Origin: Pristiophorus japonicus
Lineage: Eukaryota
Assembly (NCBI RefSeq): GCF_044704955.1
Contig: NC_091983.1
Location: forward strand, 120,900,001 to 120,964,000
DNA: 64,000 nt
Reading direction: 5' to 3'
Shown piece after piece: positions 27,493 through 40,197 of this stretch. Positions within the stretch are counted from its first letter, which is position 1; every line of letters starts with the position of its first letter. The notes beneath the pieces are model-generated. The model saw nothing but the letters and a program-made list of their open reading frames with translations, did not search any database and was not told where the DNA came from. Made by a program: the position numbers and the translations under genes.

Positions 27493-28222
27493 AGTCCGTG
27501 ATTGTTTTTAGAGCTGCTGGTGTACTGAAACCATAAAAGTCAATACAATGTGATTGTACAAATACATAACTGCTTTTAGTTATCCTATGGTGGAACTGCA
27601 TTATAAAAGAAATAGCCAATATAATGGGAGAGGAGAGAATGTAATACAATGTGCGTGTATTTGTATGATCAAGTGAGACGTATTAATGGGCCTTTAATAT
27701 AGTTATGGTGAAGGAAAATCTAACCTTCTAAAAAAAATAGGAACTTTCAATAGATTTCTGCCAATTATTTTCGTAAATATTCTGATATTGGACTGCTTTC
27801 ATAGAGTTGTACAATATGTCAGAATTAAACCCAATGTCCATTTGGTCGACTAGAAAAATGTGCTTAAGTTATGCTTTTAATATTTCACTTGGGAAACAGC
27901 ATTGCTGTTTTGTCATCCATTGCTTTCTAGATAATATTCCACAGCAATACATACCAAACATAATCCTGGGATTTTGACAAAAATTTTTTTTAAATCTTGC
28001 TAAAGTCACGGTAGCAAAACCGAAATGGAGAAATCTTGTGGCTAAAGTATAGAAAATAGAATGCATTGACCAGATCACAAAACATCAATAATTGTTGGAA
28101 ATATCACTTATCTGGGTTATTTCTTGTGCTTTAGTCAAATATCATATGCCATGAATATTTGTGTTTTACACCAGTCTATTACCATGTTTGTCACCTTCCA
28201 AACAATTTGCTGAATTTTCATA

Positions 28223-28486
28223 CAGGTGCAACATCCCGAATCTGGAACTCCGAAAACCGGAATTATCAAAAAAACAGACACATTGCACATAACTGATGGA
28301 GTCGTCCTGAATCCGGAATTATTGTCCGAAAACCAGACATTTTTGAGGCAAACCCCAAAATCTGGCACGGATTCGGTCGAGGATTCCGGATTTCAGACTA
28401 TTGATTTTCTTGTCTGAAATTCGGAAAAACCCAAACACCGGAATGGACTCAGTCTCGAAGATTCTGGATTTTGGACATTGTACCTG
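28223..28486. mobile_element. Tc1/mariner (Tigger/pogo-like) MITE with TA TSD
   Basis: ta|caggtgcaacatcc ... ggacattgtacctg|ta; internal ccgga/ccgaa sub-repeats. Confidence 0.78.
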
Positions 28487-29149
28487 TATTTTGAAGTGTC
28501 GGTGGTGTTAGAGCTATTCATGAATGCATACAGAGGGGTACAAATTAGTTTGCATTGTACCCATTATTTGGGCGTAAAACGGGCACAAAGCATACTAACT
28601 TGCTAGTGGGACGGCCTGCGCCCAATCTGTGCTGCCGTTTGTCCCACTGCTAAATTCGTGGGACATTTTTTTTAGGCATTACAGGCGTTAAGACCTTTCA
28701 GTATGTAAATTAGAGGGCTAATGTCTCCTTCGATAAATTAGTCAGTGATCAACAAGTCAGGCATTGGGCCTGCCACACTCAGGATTCTTCAGCTGCACCT
28801 GTAACTGCCAGGTCTAGGCAAGTTAAATAAAACCCCATACTGCAGAGCCAATAGGATCAGGATTGCTCCTTCGACTCCACAGGAGCTGCAATCGCAACCC
28901 GCTCCCCACCACCTCCCCCAACCCCAGGAGCCCAAGACTTATCCAAAGACCAATGCCAGCAAAGCAACAGACTAGATGTCTTTGCATGGACTAGCTGCCT
29001 GTGAAGGCATGACCAGTGCCGGCAGCTTGCGGTGAGTGTGTTGATGAGGCTTGAGGACAAGTTCCATCGATCCTCGGACCTCGGTTTGAGTGCCCATTCA
29101 TTGCGCAGCACCATGTCTGGCCCCTGGTTAATTTAATGCCAGAACATAT

Positions 29150-29280
29150 GAAAGCAAAATCCTGCAGATGCTGGAATCTGGAATAAAAACAGAAAATCCT
29201 GGAAATCTCAGCAGGTCAGGCAGCATCTGTGGAGGGGAAGCAGAGTTAACGTTTCAGGCCGGTGACCCTTCGTCAGAACA
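29150..29280 (-). mobile_element. Solo Penelope terminal-repeat fragment
   Basis: Reverse complement of 14640-14770. Confidence 0.85.
29244..29280 (-). ncRNA. Minimal hammerhead ribozyme motif
   Basis: Minus strand GUU-CUGACGA-AGGGUCACCGGCCU-GAA-ACGU-U-AAC with palindromic ACGU stem III. Confidence 0.65.
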
Positions 29281-30655
29281 TATGAAAGATGTTCATGGAA
29301 AGTGGCAGGAGTGTAGAAAGTGCTCCAAGTGCAAAAATATTTCACCCAGCTTCAGTTGTGAATCAGAACTTCCCTGAAAACAAGGGATTTATACATCAGT
29401 TACAAATAAAATAAATAGTGAGAGGTTTTGACCTAATTATGCATTGCTGTCCTGTCTAAAATCAAGACAGCAGCAACATCATTACTAATGGCAAAAGCTG
29501 CATAGAATTTTAAAAGAATTGTATTTTTTGACAGCTATTGCGGTCTAGTGTTCGTGCTGTCTGAATTCTCAACATAAGGCTTGTCAAGCGTGCTTCCAGC
29601 AGGAATGCATGGCTGCCAATGTCAAGTATATCTCATTTCACATCGTGAACGATCAATCATGAGCCTTGGAATTGCATTTTCTTAATTTTATTGTCAATCC
29701 CAGGTCCCAATCACTGTATACAAAGCTCTTTTAATCAAATGAAGAGGAGTTTATTAACATTTGTTATTTTCTATCTCCCACATACTATTGTATTTAAAAC
29801 CCAGCTTGGTACCATCTAATTGCTGCTTCTTAACTTACACCATCATTCTCACTCTTTTTAACATCAGCAGCATCCTGAAATATTGTTGCTTACCTGTTTT
29901 CTATATAATAAAAATGTTAGGATGAAATGGCACCCCCGACGACAGCAATATCTCACTTCCATTTCCCATATTAGAAATGTATAGTCTTCCTGAATCTGAT
30001 TGAAATTTAATGGCAAACTCGGCAATTTGAGTTGTGGAACTAGTCTGAAACTTGTTTCATATAGGAGCCTTGCATCCAATGTACATTAGAGCCTCTCATT
30101 CCATCAGAATTGTTCATCAATTACTCCAAGTGCCCAGTGACAAGAGTAATTTCACTGGCAGTTTTGTGTTATGTGCATATAGATTTGGAAGAGTGATAAG
30201 TAAACTTTATGAATATATATTAAAGTTAAAGTGCTTCACAATTCCCTTTCATTACTCTTACATAAGTAGAAGTTAAACACTTTGGCTCAGAATTTTAGGT
30301 TAGTGGCGAAGCGACTGCCGCTGACCTTGAAGAAAGCTGTGCATAAAGATCTCAAGATCTCTGTGGTGAAACCTTTAGCTTTCTCCACCTTAATTTGATC
30401 GTAGCGTTGTCACAGACAGCAAACCAGGAAATAAAAGGCACTGATGATCATTCACATTTTCTTTACAGAGAGCAAAAAAATGATTGCGACATACACATGG
30501 GGTTAAGGTAGAAGCCAAAATATCATAAACTAAGAAAAATAAGACAAATATTTTCTATTACTTTAAAAATCTAGTAATATTTATTATAATGGAGAAATTT
30601 GACATTCCATAAATATAAAATTAGTTTTTCAGGGCCAGAATGGTTTTTTAGCAGT

Positions 30656-32700
30656 TCATCATCATCATAGGTAGTCCCTCGGAATCAAGGAAGGCTTGAT
30701 TCCACTCCTGAAGTGAGTTCTTTGATAGCTGAACAGTCCAATACGAGAGCCACAGACCCTGGGACAGACATTCGTCGAGGAAAGGGGTGGAGGGGACTGG
30801 TTTGCCGTACACTCCTTCCGCTGCCTGCGCTTGACCTCTTCACGCTCTCGACGTTGAGATTCACTTTCTCCACCTAGTGCGTTCTTCGGCCAGGGACTCC
30901 CAGGCGTCAGTGGTGATGTCGCACGTATCAGGGAGGCTTTGAGGGTGTCCTTGTAAAGTTTCCGCTGCCCACCTTTGGCTCGTTTGTCGTGAAGGAGCTC
31001 CTCATAGAGCATTTGCTTAGGGAGTCTCGTGTCTGGCATGCGAACTACGTGGCCTGCCCAACGAAGCTGATCGAGTGTGGTCAGTGCTTCAATACTGGGG
31101 ATGTTAGCCTGGGCGAGGACACTGACGTTGGCGTGCCTGTCCTCCCAGGGGATTTGCAGGATCTTGCGGAGACATCGTTGGTGATATATCTCCAGCGACT
31201 TGAGGTGTCTTCTGTACATCGTCCATGCCTCTGATCCATACAGGACGGCTGGTATTACTACAGCCCTGTCGACCATGAGCTTGGTGGTAGATTTGAGGGC
31301 CTGGTCTTCGAACACTCTTTTTCTTAGGCGACCGAAGGCTGCACTGGCGCACTGGAGGCGATGTTGAATCTCAGCATCAATGTCTGCTTTTGTTGATAAG
31401 AGGCTCCTGAGGTATGGGAAATGGTCCACATTGTTGAGGACCACGCCGTGAATCTTGATGACTGGGGGGCAGTGCTGTGCGACAAGGACAGGCTGGTGGA
31501 GGACCTTTGTCTTACAGATGTTAAGCGTAAGGCCATGCTTTCATATGCCTCGGTGAATACATCGACTATATCTTGGAGTTCAGCCTCAGAATGTGTGCAG
31601 ACACAGGCGTCATCCGCGTACTGTAGCTCAACCACAGAGGTTGGGGTGATCTTGGACCTGGCCTGGAGGCGGCGTAGATTAAAAAGCTTCTCACTGGTTC
31701 TGTAGTTTAGTTCCACTCCAGCGGGGAGTTTGTTGACTGTGAGGTGGAGCATAGCAGCGAGGAAGATTGAGAAGAGGGTTGGAGCAATGACGCAGCCCTG
31801 TTTGACCCTAGTCCAGACATGGATTGGGTCTCTAATGGATCTTTTGGTAAGGATCACGGCCTGCATGTCATCCTGCAGGCGAAGGATGTTTACAAACCTT
31901 TGGGGGCATCTGAAATGGAGGAGGACGCTCCATAGACCCTCGCGGTTGACAGTGTCAAATGCCTTTGTAAGGTTGAAAAAGGCCATGTATAAGGGCTGGC
32001 GCTGCTCCCTGCATTTTTCCTGCAGCTGTCGCACTGCAAAGATCATGTCCGTTGTGCCCCGTAAGGGATGAAATCCACACTGTGATTCCGGGAGGAGCTC
32101 CTCGGCCACAGGGAGAAGACGGTTGAGGTGAACCGTCTTCCCAGTGGCTGATAGCAGGGAGATTCCCCTGTGGTTGCCGCAGTCGGACTTGTCCCCTTTT
32201 TTAAAGATGGTACTGATCGCTGCATCTCTGAGATCTTCCGGCATGCTCTCCTCTCGCCAGATGAGAGGGATGAGGTCATGTATCCACGCCAACAGCGCCT
32301 CTCCGCCGGGTCTCGCTTAGGGCGGCGATGTCGATGTCAAAACGTCTAAATTCCTGGGCAATTGTGGCAGTGTGGCGTTCCGGCCTGTTGCTGTTGGAAT
32401 TGGCCATGAGGGTCCTGATGTTCCAGGTCCCGAACTTCATATTAATGAAGTGGAAGATGCCTGTGCGTGAATTCTTTTAACGTGGGGTGGTCGCTGCACA
32501 CCGGCAATCACACGGGCTTAGCTGAACAAGGTCTTAGTCCAGTGGCAAGGGAGTCCAAGACAACTGGAGACCAGGCACTGCTGTATGAGCCTAGTTGCCT
32601 ACGGCGAGATATTGGCTGCAAGCTCGGCGCCGAGTAGCGCCATTGATGGTAGAGGCTTGGTTGGGGGGCAGGCATTAGGAAGGTCAACTGCCCGCTGGGG
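30656..32700 (-). mobile_element. RTE-clade LINE with 5' region; most of the endonuclease deleted (junction near 32307)
   Basis: ORFs 31324-32292 (ELQYADD) and 30665-31444; APE start MKFGTWNIRTL at about 32440; (cat)n tail at 30657-30669. Confidence 0.92.
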
Positions 32701-32709
32701 TTCTGCGAG

Positions 32710-32965
32710 ATGGTTTAAAACATTTCTTCCAAGGTTTCCAAAGTTATTTAAAAGTTTCTCCAAAGGTTTCCAAGTTGTTTAAAATTTAAAAGTATTTCAA
32801 AATTGTTTAAAAAGTTACTCAGGTTGATTAAAAGTTTAAAAAATAGATTAAGAGTTGATTAAAAGTTGATAAAAAGTCTAAAATGTAAATGAGTAGTAGG
32901 TTATAAAAGTTTCCTAAATTGTTTAAAAGTTTAAAAGTTGATTAAAAGTTGATTAAAAGTTTAAG
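32710..32965. repeat. AT-rich degenerate (ttaaaagttga)n-like repeat
   Basis: Multiple copies of ttaaaagtt / gattaaaagtt. Confidence 0.8.
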
Positions 32966-33202
32966 ATGTAAGTCAGTAAGAATTCCACCCCTCGAAGAAA
33001 TTACGGCAGCTTGGTCCCTTCGGCCGGTTCAACACCAGTCCCGGAGTCCCTTCGGCCAGTTCGACGCCGGCTCCAGAGTCCCTTCAGCCGGTCACTCACT
33101 CCCGGATATCTTTATTGGGTATCGAAGGACCAGCAGCAGCAGCCTTCTCCTCACCATACCGCTGGGCCAGCTGGCAGCAACACTGGAGTATCCTGGGCGG
33201 AA

Positions 33203-34470
33203 AGGATCCCGCACCGGCCTGCTTCTATCCCAGGCCAAAGGGACCCCGCACCGGCCCGCTTCTATCCCAAACCGGAGGGACCCCGCACCGGCCCACTTCT
33301 ATCCCAGGCCGGAGGGACCCCGCACCGGCCCACTTCTATCCCAGGCCGGAGGGACCCCGCACCGGCCCGCTTCTATCCCAGGCCAAAGCGACCCCTCACC
33401 GGCCCGCTTCTATCCTAGGTCAAAGGGACCCCGCACCGGCCCGCTTCTATCCCAAACCGGAGGGACCCCGCACCGGCCCGCTTCTATCCCAGGCCGGAGG
33501 GACCCTGCACTGGCCCGCATCAATCCCGGGCCGGAGGGACCCTGCACTGGCCCACATCAATCCCGGGCCGGAGGGACCCTGCACTGGCCCACATCAATCC
33601 CGGGCCGGAGGGACCTCACACCGGCCCGCATCAATCCCGGGCCGGAGGGACCTTGCACCGGCCCGCTTCTATCCCAGGCCGGAGGGACCTCGCACCGGCC
33701 CGCATCAATCCCGGGCCGGAGGGACCTCGCACCGGCCCACATCAATCCCGGGCCGGAGGGACCTCGCACTGGCCCGCATCTATCCCAGGCCGGAGGGACC
33801 TCGCACCGGCCCACATCAATCCCGGGCCGGAGGGACCTCACACTGGCCCGCATCAATCCCGGGCCGGAGGGACCTCGCACCGGCCCACATCAATCCCGGG
33901 CCGGAGGGACCTCACACTGGCCCGCATCAATCCCGGGCCGGAGGGACCTCGCAACGGCCCACATCAATCCCGGGCCAGAGGGACCTCGCACTGGCCCGCA
34001 TCAATCCCGGGCCGGAGGGACCTCGCACTGGCCCGCATCAATCCCGGGCCGGAGGGACCTCCACTGGCCCGCATCAATCCCGGGCCGGAGGGACCTCGCA
34101 CCGGCCCACTTCTATCCCAGGCCGGAGGGACCTCGCACCGGCCCACTTCTATCCCGGGCCGGAGGGACCTCGCACCAGCCCGCTTCTATCCCAGGCCGGA
34201 GGGACCTCTCACCAGCCCGCATCAATCCCGGGCTGGAGGGACGTCGCACCGGCCCACATCAATCCCGGGCCGGAGGGACCTCGCACCGGCCCACTTCTAT
34301 CCCAGGCCGGAGGGACCTCGCACCGGCCCACTTCTATCCCAGGCCAAAGGGACCTCATACCGGCCCACTTCTATCCCGGGCCAAAGGAAACCCGCACTGG
34401 CCCGCTTCTATCCCGGGCCAAAGGGACCTTGCACCGGCCCGCTTCTATCCCAGGCCGGAAGGATCCCTAC
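33203..34470. repeat. 37-bp GC-rich minisatellite, about 34 units
   Basis: Unit gggacc(c/t)cgcaccggccc(g/a)c(ttct/atca)atccc(a/g)ggccgga; gggac recurs at 33240, 33277, 33314. Confidence 0.97.
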
Positions 34471-36602
34471 ACTGACCTGCTCCTACTCTGGGCCAGAGGG
34501 ACCGCTGCACCGGCCTGTGGCTCCTGTTCGGGACAGTTATGACGGATTCACTTCAATCCGTACAACTTGCCTTCATGAAATAATAGAAAATAACAAACAT
34601 GCTCGTTTTCCCACGTCGATCAGTCATCTTGCTTGCCTTAATCGACATGGACCTGTTGGGCCGAATGGCCTGTTTCTGTGCTGTAAATACTAGGTAAATA
34701 ACCTAGCAAAAACTTGCCCTTAGTTTATCATTTACATTCTTTGGAGAAACAACATCAAGTTTCGCTTATTAGCGTTTTAAACAACTTTCATCTCGGTGCC
34801 TTTTTTCAGCTTTTATGCATGTACTTCGTTTGAAAACAAAGCCCTTGAATGCAACACTCTTTATTTCCCCCCAATATGTTCTGTGGAAAAATAGCTCAAA
34901 AATGTCAAAATATGGCAGTGCCATTAGTGACATAACAGAAAGAACTAATGACATTTATATTATATTGTGAAGCTGATCAAAGGGCATCTTATCAGTATAG
35001 AAATATCTGATTTTGTCTAATAAATTAACTGCTATTAAAGCAATACCAATTAATCACCGCAATTTATAACTGTAAATTACAGTCTAGATAAAACATGATA
35101 ATACAGAATGTCCCTTTAATTGCTTGCTTTATACAGCCATCACTAACTTCAATTCACAGGGCAGATGGAGGTGTATGTGACTCATTCCCAGAAATGTCTG
35201 TGGTACAGATTGTTAGTTGTCTTGTTAGTCCTTGCTTTTCCTTTTCAAATTTTGGGCTATTTTTAAGTTTCTGTTTTTATACTCTCACTAAAACACTGGG
35301 AAGGTAGCCTGCTGTCACAATAATGAATGACACTATGCTCTCTCAACGTATATCATACATGTTACTATTTGCTTTTGTCCCAAATTAAAATAGAGTGACA
35401 ACACTTCTCATGTATATTTATCCATAAATTAGAAATAGTAGTTTGCATATAAATAGCATAAAGAACAGATGAGTGTAGAGACCATTCCATGACATTGCTC
35501 TATTCAAGAGGGAAATGTAAAATAAAAGCCCTGAAGACAATATAAAATCAAAAGACATGCTAATATGTTACCTTAAATCAATCAGGCATCAATCATAATC
35601 AATACTCAGCATTTTAATTACTGAAGGAGTTCTTAATGTTTGATAGTGTGATATTGCCATTTATTTAATGTAGTTAATAAACCATTGGAACAGGTTTTCC
35701 TGTTATTGTCCATGGGTATATTGGATTATCTGGGCATAGCTCATTGTGGAGAATCGGGTGGAGAGGGTTACAAGGGAGCCCGCCTGATTTTCCATCCAGT
35801 TAAATTATTGGCTGGAAAATTGAATGTGCTGCGTTACACATAACTTCTGAAAGACTGCAAAATTATTGACAAATATTACTTCATTGTTTAAACCTCAGAG
35901 AACCTCAGCTCCCACCTTGTGATAGTTGCCAACCTGAATGTTGAATGCATTTCCTGTCACGAGTTCCGAAACTGCACATAGAATGTAGAATTTTGATAAA
36001 GCATAGGAGTGAAAATGATAACATGTCTTATATTTAATCTTGCTGGAAGGTAGAAATGGAGTGCTGTCACCAAAGACCTCAAGAACAAATGAGATACAGT
36101 TCAAGTAGCAGCTCAACATGGCTATCATTTCCCATCAGCTCCCATCACTGGCATGTGGATTTACCGTTATTTTATGCGGAAGGGAATGGAGAACGAACTG
36201 GGTTAGTAGGCACTTGTGGAGAACTGTATAGACAATAAGTTGACATGAATAGCAATTCCTCAGAAATGTAAGAAATGTACATCAATATTAAGGTTTCATT
36301 TAGCAGCAGTGTGCTGAACAAATTATTTTAATTGTTTCACTTCTTATCAAATTCTCAGTTGTAAAAACCATAAAGACATCTGTATTGCCTTTTCTGTGAT
36401 GTAAGCTTTGTCACCCATATTTTAAGTTTGATTCTAGAATTATTTTGTTTTTTTTTCCTCCATACCTTACAATTCAGTGATTGACTGGTGATTGGTGAGA
36501 AGTTTTTCTTTTTCTTTTCTTTATCAGTAAGTAACCTTTTAGCACTGTTGTTGCCAAATTAAGTTAATTTAAGGGTTAAGTCATGCAGGAGAGCTTGGAC
36601 AC

Positions 36603-37527
36603 ATGTTACACTCCTCCTGTGCTATGTGGAAAGTCAGGGACGCTTCCAGTGTCCCAGGCGACAACATGTGCGGGAAGTGCATTCGCCTGCAACACCTGAC
36701 AGATCGCGTTGCGGCACTGGAGCTGTGGGTGGATTTACTTTGGAGCATCCACGATGCTGAGAATGACGTGAATAGTACGTTTAGTGAGTTGGCCACACCA
36801 CAGGTAAAGGGTACACAGCCAGATAGGGGATGGGTGACCAACAGGAAGAACAATGGAAGGAAGGTAGTGCAGGGATCCCCTGCGGTCATCCTCCTGCAAA
36901 ACAGCTACACCGCTTTGTGTACTGTTGAGGGGGATGACTCATCAGAGAAGAGCAGCAGCAGCCAAGTTCATGGAACCGTGGGTGACTCTGCTGCACAGGA
37001 GGGCAGGAAAAAGAATGGGAGAGCTATAGTGATAGGGGATTCTATTGTAAGGAGAATAGAAAGACGTTTCTGCGGACGCAACCGAGACTCCAGGATGATA
37101 TGTTGCCTCCCTGGTGCAAGGGTCAAGGATGTCTCGGAGCAGGTGCAGGACATTTTCAAGAGGGAGGGTGAAAAGCCAGTTGTCGTGGTGCATATAGGTA
37201 CCAACGATATTGGTAAAAAACGGGATGAGGTCCTAGAAGATGAATTTAGGGAGCTAGGAGCTAAATTAACAAGTAGGACCTCAATAGTAGTAATTTCAGG
37301 ATTTCTACCAGTGCCACATGCTAGTCAGAGTAGGAATCACAGGATAGCTCAGATGAATACATGGCTTGAGCAGTGGTGCAGAAGGGAGGGATTCAAATTC
37401 CTGGGACATTGGAACTGGTTCTGGGGAAGGTGGGACTAGTATAAACCGGACGGTCTGCACCTGGGCAGGACTGGAACTAATGTCCAAGGGGGAGTATTTG
37501 CTAGTGCTGTTGGGGAGGGGTTAAACT
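36603..37527 (+). pseudogene. CR1 ORF1 (Cys motif / coiled coil + SGNH esterase), premature stop at 37437
   Basis: CGKC..LTDRVAALE, IGDSIVR, HIGTND, PDGLHL after the stop. Confidence 0.88.
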
Positions 37528-37847
37528 AATATGGCAGGGGGATGGGAACCTGTGCAGGGAGGCAGAGAGAAGTAGAATGGGGGCAGAAGCAAAAGATAGA
37601 AAGAAGAAAAGTAAAAGTGGAGGGCAGAGAAACCCAAGGCAAAAAGCAAATAGGGCCATATTACAGCAAAATTCGAAAGGGGTAAAGTGTGTTGAAAAGA
37701 CAAGCCTGAAGGCTCTGCGCCTCATTCAGTATTCAGAATAAGGTGGACGAATTCACTGCGCAGATAGCAGTTAACGGATATGATGTAATTGGCATCACAG
37801 AGACATGGCTCCAGGGTGACCAAGGCTGGGAACTCAGCATTCAGGGG

Positions 37848-38036
37848 TGTTGTGTATCTGTAAAGCATGCACTCCCATGTTCCGCCACCAGTGAGCTCAT
37901 CCCCTGAAGTCCCAAGGGATCCCAGCATCCCTTGGGTGCACTGTATATAAGCCAGCCTCTAAAGCCTGTTCCTCACTCTGGAGTGTCTTACTTTAACCTC
38001 CCTGTGTGCAGCCTCATCTGTGTTAGGAACACAATA
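37848..38036 (+). repeat. 5' LTR of Gypsy-2 (189 bp; 22-bp deletion)
   Basis: Matches 47512-47722 with 10 substitutions plus loss of ttaaagattgaggtcactgtta. Confidence 0.95.
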
Positions 38037-40197
38037 ACTGGTGACGAGAATACAAATTCAATGCAAAGATGCAGCAAACTGTGGGCATCCTGGAGAAGTT
38101 CTCGGAGGGTGAGGACTGGGAAGCCTATGTCGAACGGCTAGACCAGTACTTTGTAGCCAATGAGCTGGACGAGAAGGAAGTGCTGAAAAAGGAGAGCGGT
38201 CCTCCTCACAGTCTGTGGGGCACCGACCTACAGCCTCTTGAAGAATCTTCTGGCTCCAGTGAAACCCACAGATAAATCATATGAGGAGCTGTGTACACTG
38301 GTTCGGGAGCATCTTAACCCACGGGAGAGAGTGCTGATGGCGAGGTATCGGTTCTACACGTGCCAGTGATCTGAAGGTCAGGAAGTGGCGAGCTATGTCG
38401 CCGAGCTAAGGCGACTTGCAGGACAATGTGAGTTTGATGGCTACCTGGAGCAAATGCTCAGAGACTTTTTTGTACTGGACATTGGCCACGAGACCATCCT
38501 ACGAAAACTTTTGAATGTAGAGACACCGACCCCAAGTAAGGCCATTGCGATAGCACAGGCGTTTATGTCCACCAGTGATAACACCAAACAAATCTCTCAG
38601 CACACAAGTGCTAGCAATGTTCATAAATTAACTGGAACTGTGTTTGCGAGCAAAAATGTACAGGGCAGAACCCACGAGTCTGCAACTGCCAGCAGGCCTC
38701 AGGTGACCCAGATGACTCAGAGTCCCCAACAAAGAATGAATGCAAGGCAATTCACACCTTGTGGCATTGTGGAGGCTTCCATTCAGCCTATTCATGCCGC
38801 TTCAAAGGGTATGTTTGCAAGAGCTGTGGAACAATGGGGCACCTCCAATGAGCTTGCAGATGAGCTGCAAGCACTGCAAAACCTGCTAACCACCACGTGG
38901 CAGAGGGAGATCAGTCCATGGTGGATCAAAGTAATTTCGAGCCTGAGAGAGAGGAGGCAGATGCTGAAGTACACGAGGTGCACACGAAATGTCCACCTAC
39001 AATGCTAAACGTAAAATTGAATAGCTTACCCGTAGCCATGGAACTGAACACTGGCGCTAGCCAATCCATCATGAGTAAAAAGATGTTTGAGAGACTGTGG
39101 TACAACAAGGCATTCATACCAGCCCTGAGCCACACGAAACTGAGAATGTACACCAAAGAGCTTATCATTGTCCTGGGCAGCGCCATGGTCAAGGTCACCT
39201 ACGAGGGCACGGTGCCTGAACTGCCACTCGGGATTATCCCAGGCAATGGCCCCACACTGCTTGGAAGGAGCTGGCTGGGCAAAATCCGCTGGAACTGGGA
39301 TGACATCCAAGCACTATCACATGTCGATGAGGCCTCATGTACCCAGGTTGTCAACAAATTTCCTTCCCTTTTTGAGCCAGGCATTGGAAACTTTTCCAGG
39401 GCGAAGGTGCGGATTCACTTGGTCCCAGAGGCATGACCCATTCACCACAAGCGCTACCTCACATGATGAGGGAGAGAGTGAAAATTGAGCTGGACAGGCT
39501 GCAACGCAAGGGCATCATCTCCCCAGTGGAATTCAGCAAGTGGGCCAGCCCGATTGTTCCAGTACTCAAAAAGTGATGGCACGGTCAGGATTTGCGGCGA
39601 TTATAAAGTAACTATTAATCGTTTCTCGCTACAGGACCAATACCCGCTACCTAAGGTAGACGACCCATTTGCGATGCTGGCAGGAGGCAAGACGTTCATC
39701 AAGCTCGACCTGACTTTGGCTACATGACGCAGGAGGTGGAGGAATCTTCGAAGGGCCTCAACTGCATCAACACGCACAAGGGACTATTCATCGACAACAG
39801 ATGTCCGTTTGGAATTCGGTCAGCAGCAGCGATCTTCCAGAAAAACATGGAGAGCCTTCTCAAGTCAGTACCACACACGGTGGTCTTTCAGGACAACATA
39901 TTGGTCACGGGTCGGGACACCGCCGAGCACCTAGAAAACTTGGAGGAGGTCCTCCAGCTACTGGATCGCACAGGGCTGCGGCTGAAGAGGTCGAAATGCA
40001 TGGCAACAGAAATGGAGTTTTTGGGGAGAAAGATCACGGTGGATGGCATTCGGCCCACAGACGCCAATACAGAGGCTATCAGGAACGCGCCCAGGCCACA
40101 GAACGTCACGGAGCTGCGGTCGTTCCTGGGACTCCTTAACTATTTTGGTAACTTCCTACCGGGGTTAAGCACCCTTTTAGAGCCCCGACATGTGTTA

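Noticed and set aside
33203-34470. CRISPR-like array (37-bp repeats)
   Set aside because: Units are head-to-tail with no unique spacers, there are no cas genes, and the context is eukaryotic.
32949-34693. Three overlapping long ORFs (508, 475 and 346 aa) with Pro/Gly/Arg repeats
   Set aside because: A stop-free 37-bp unit cycles through all frames, so the same peptide appears in each; this is a repeat artefact.
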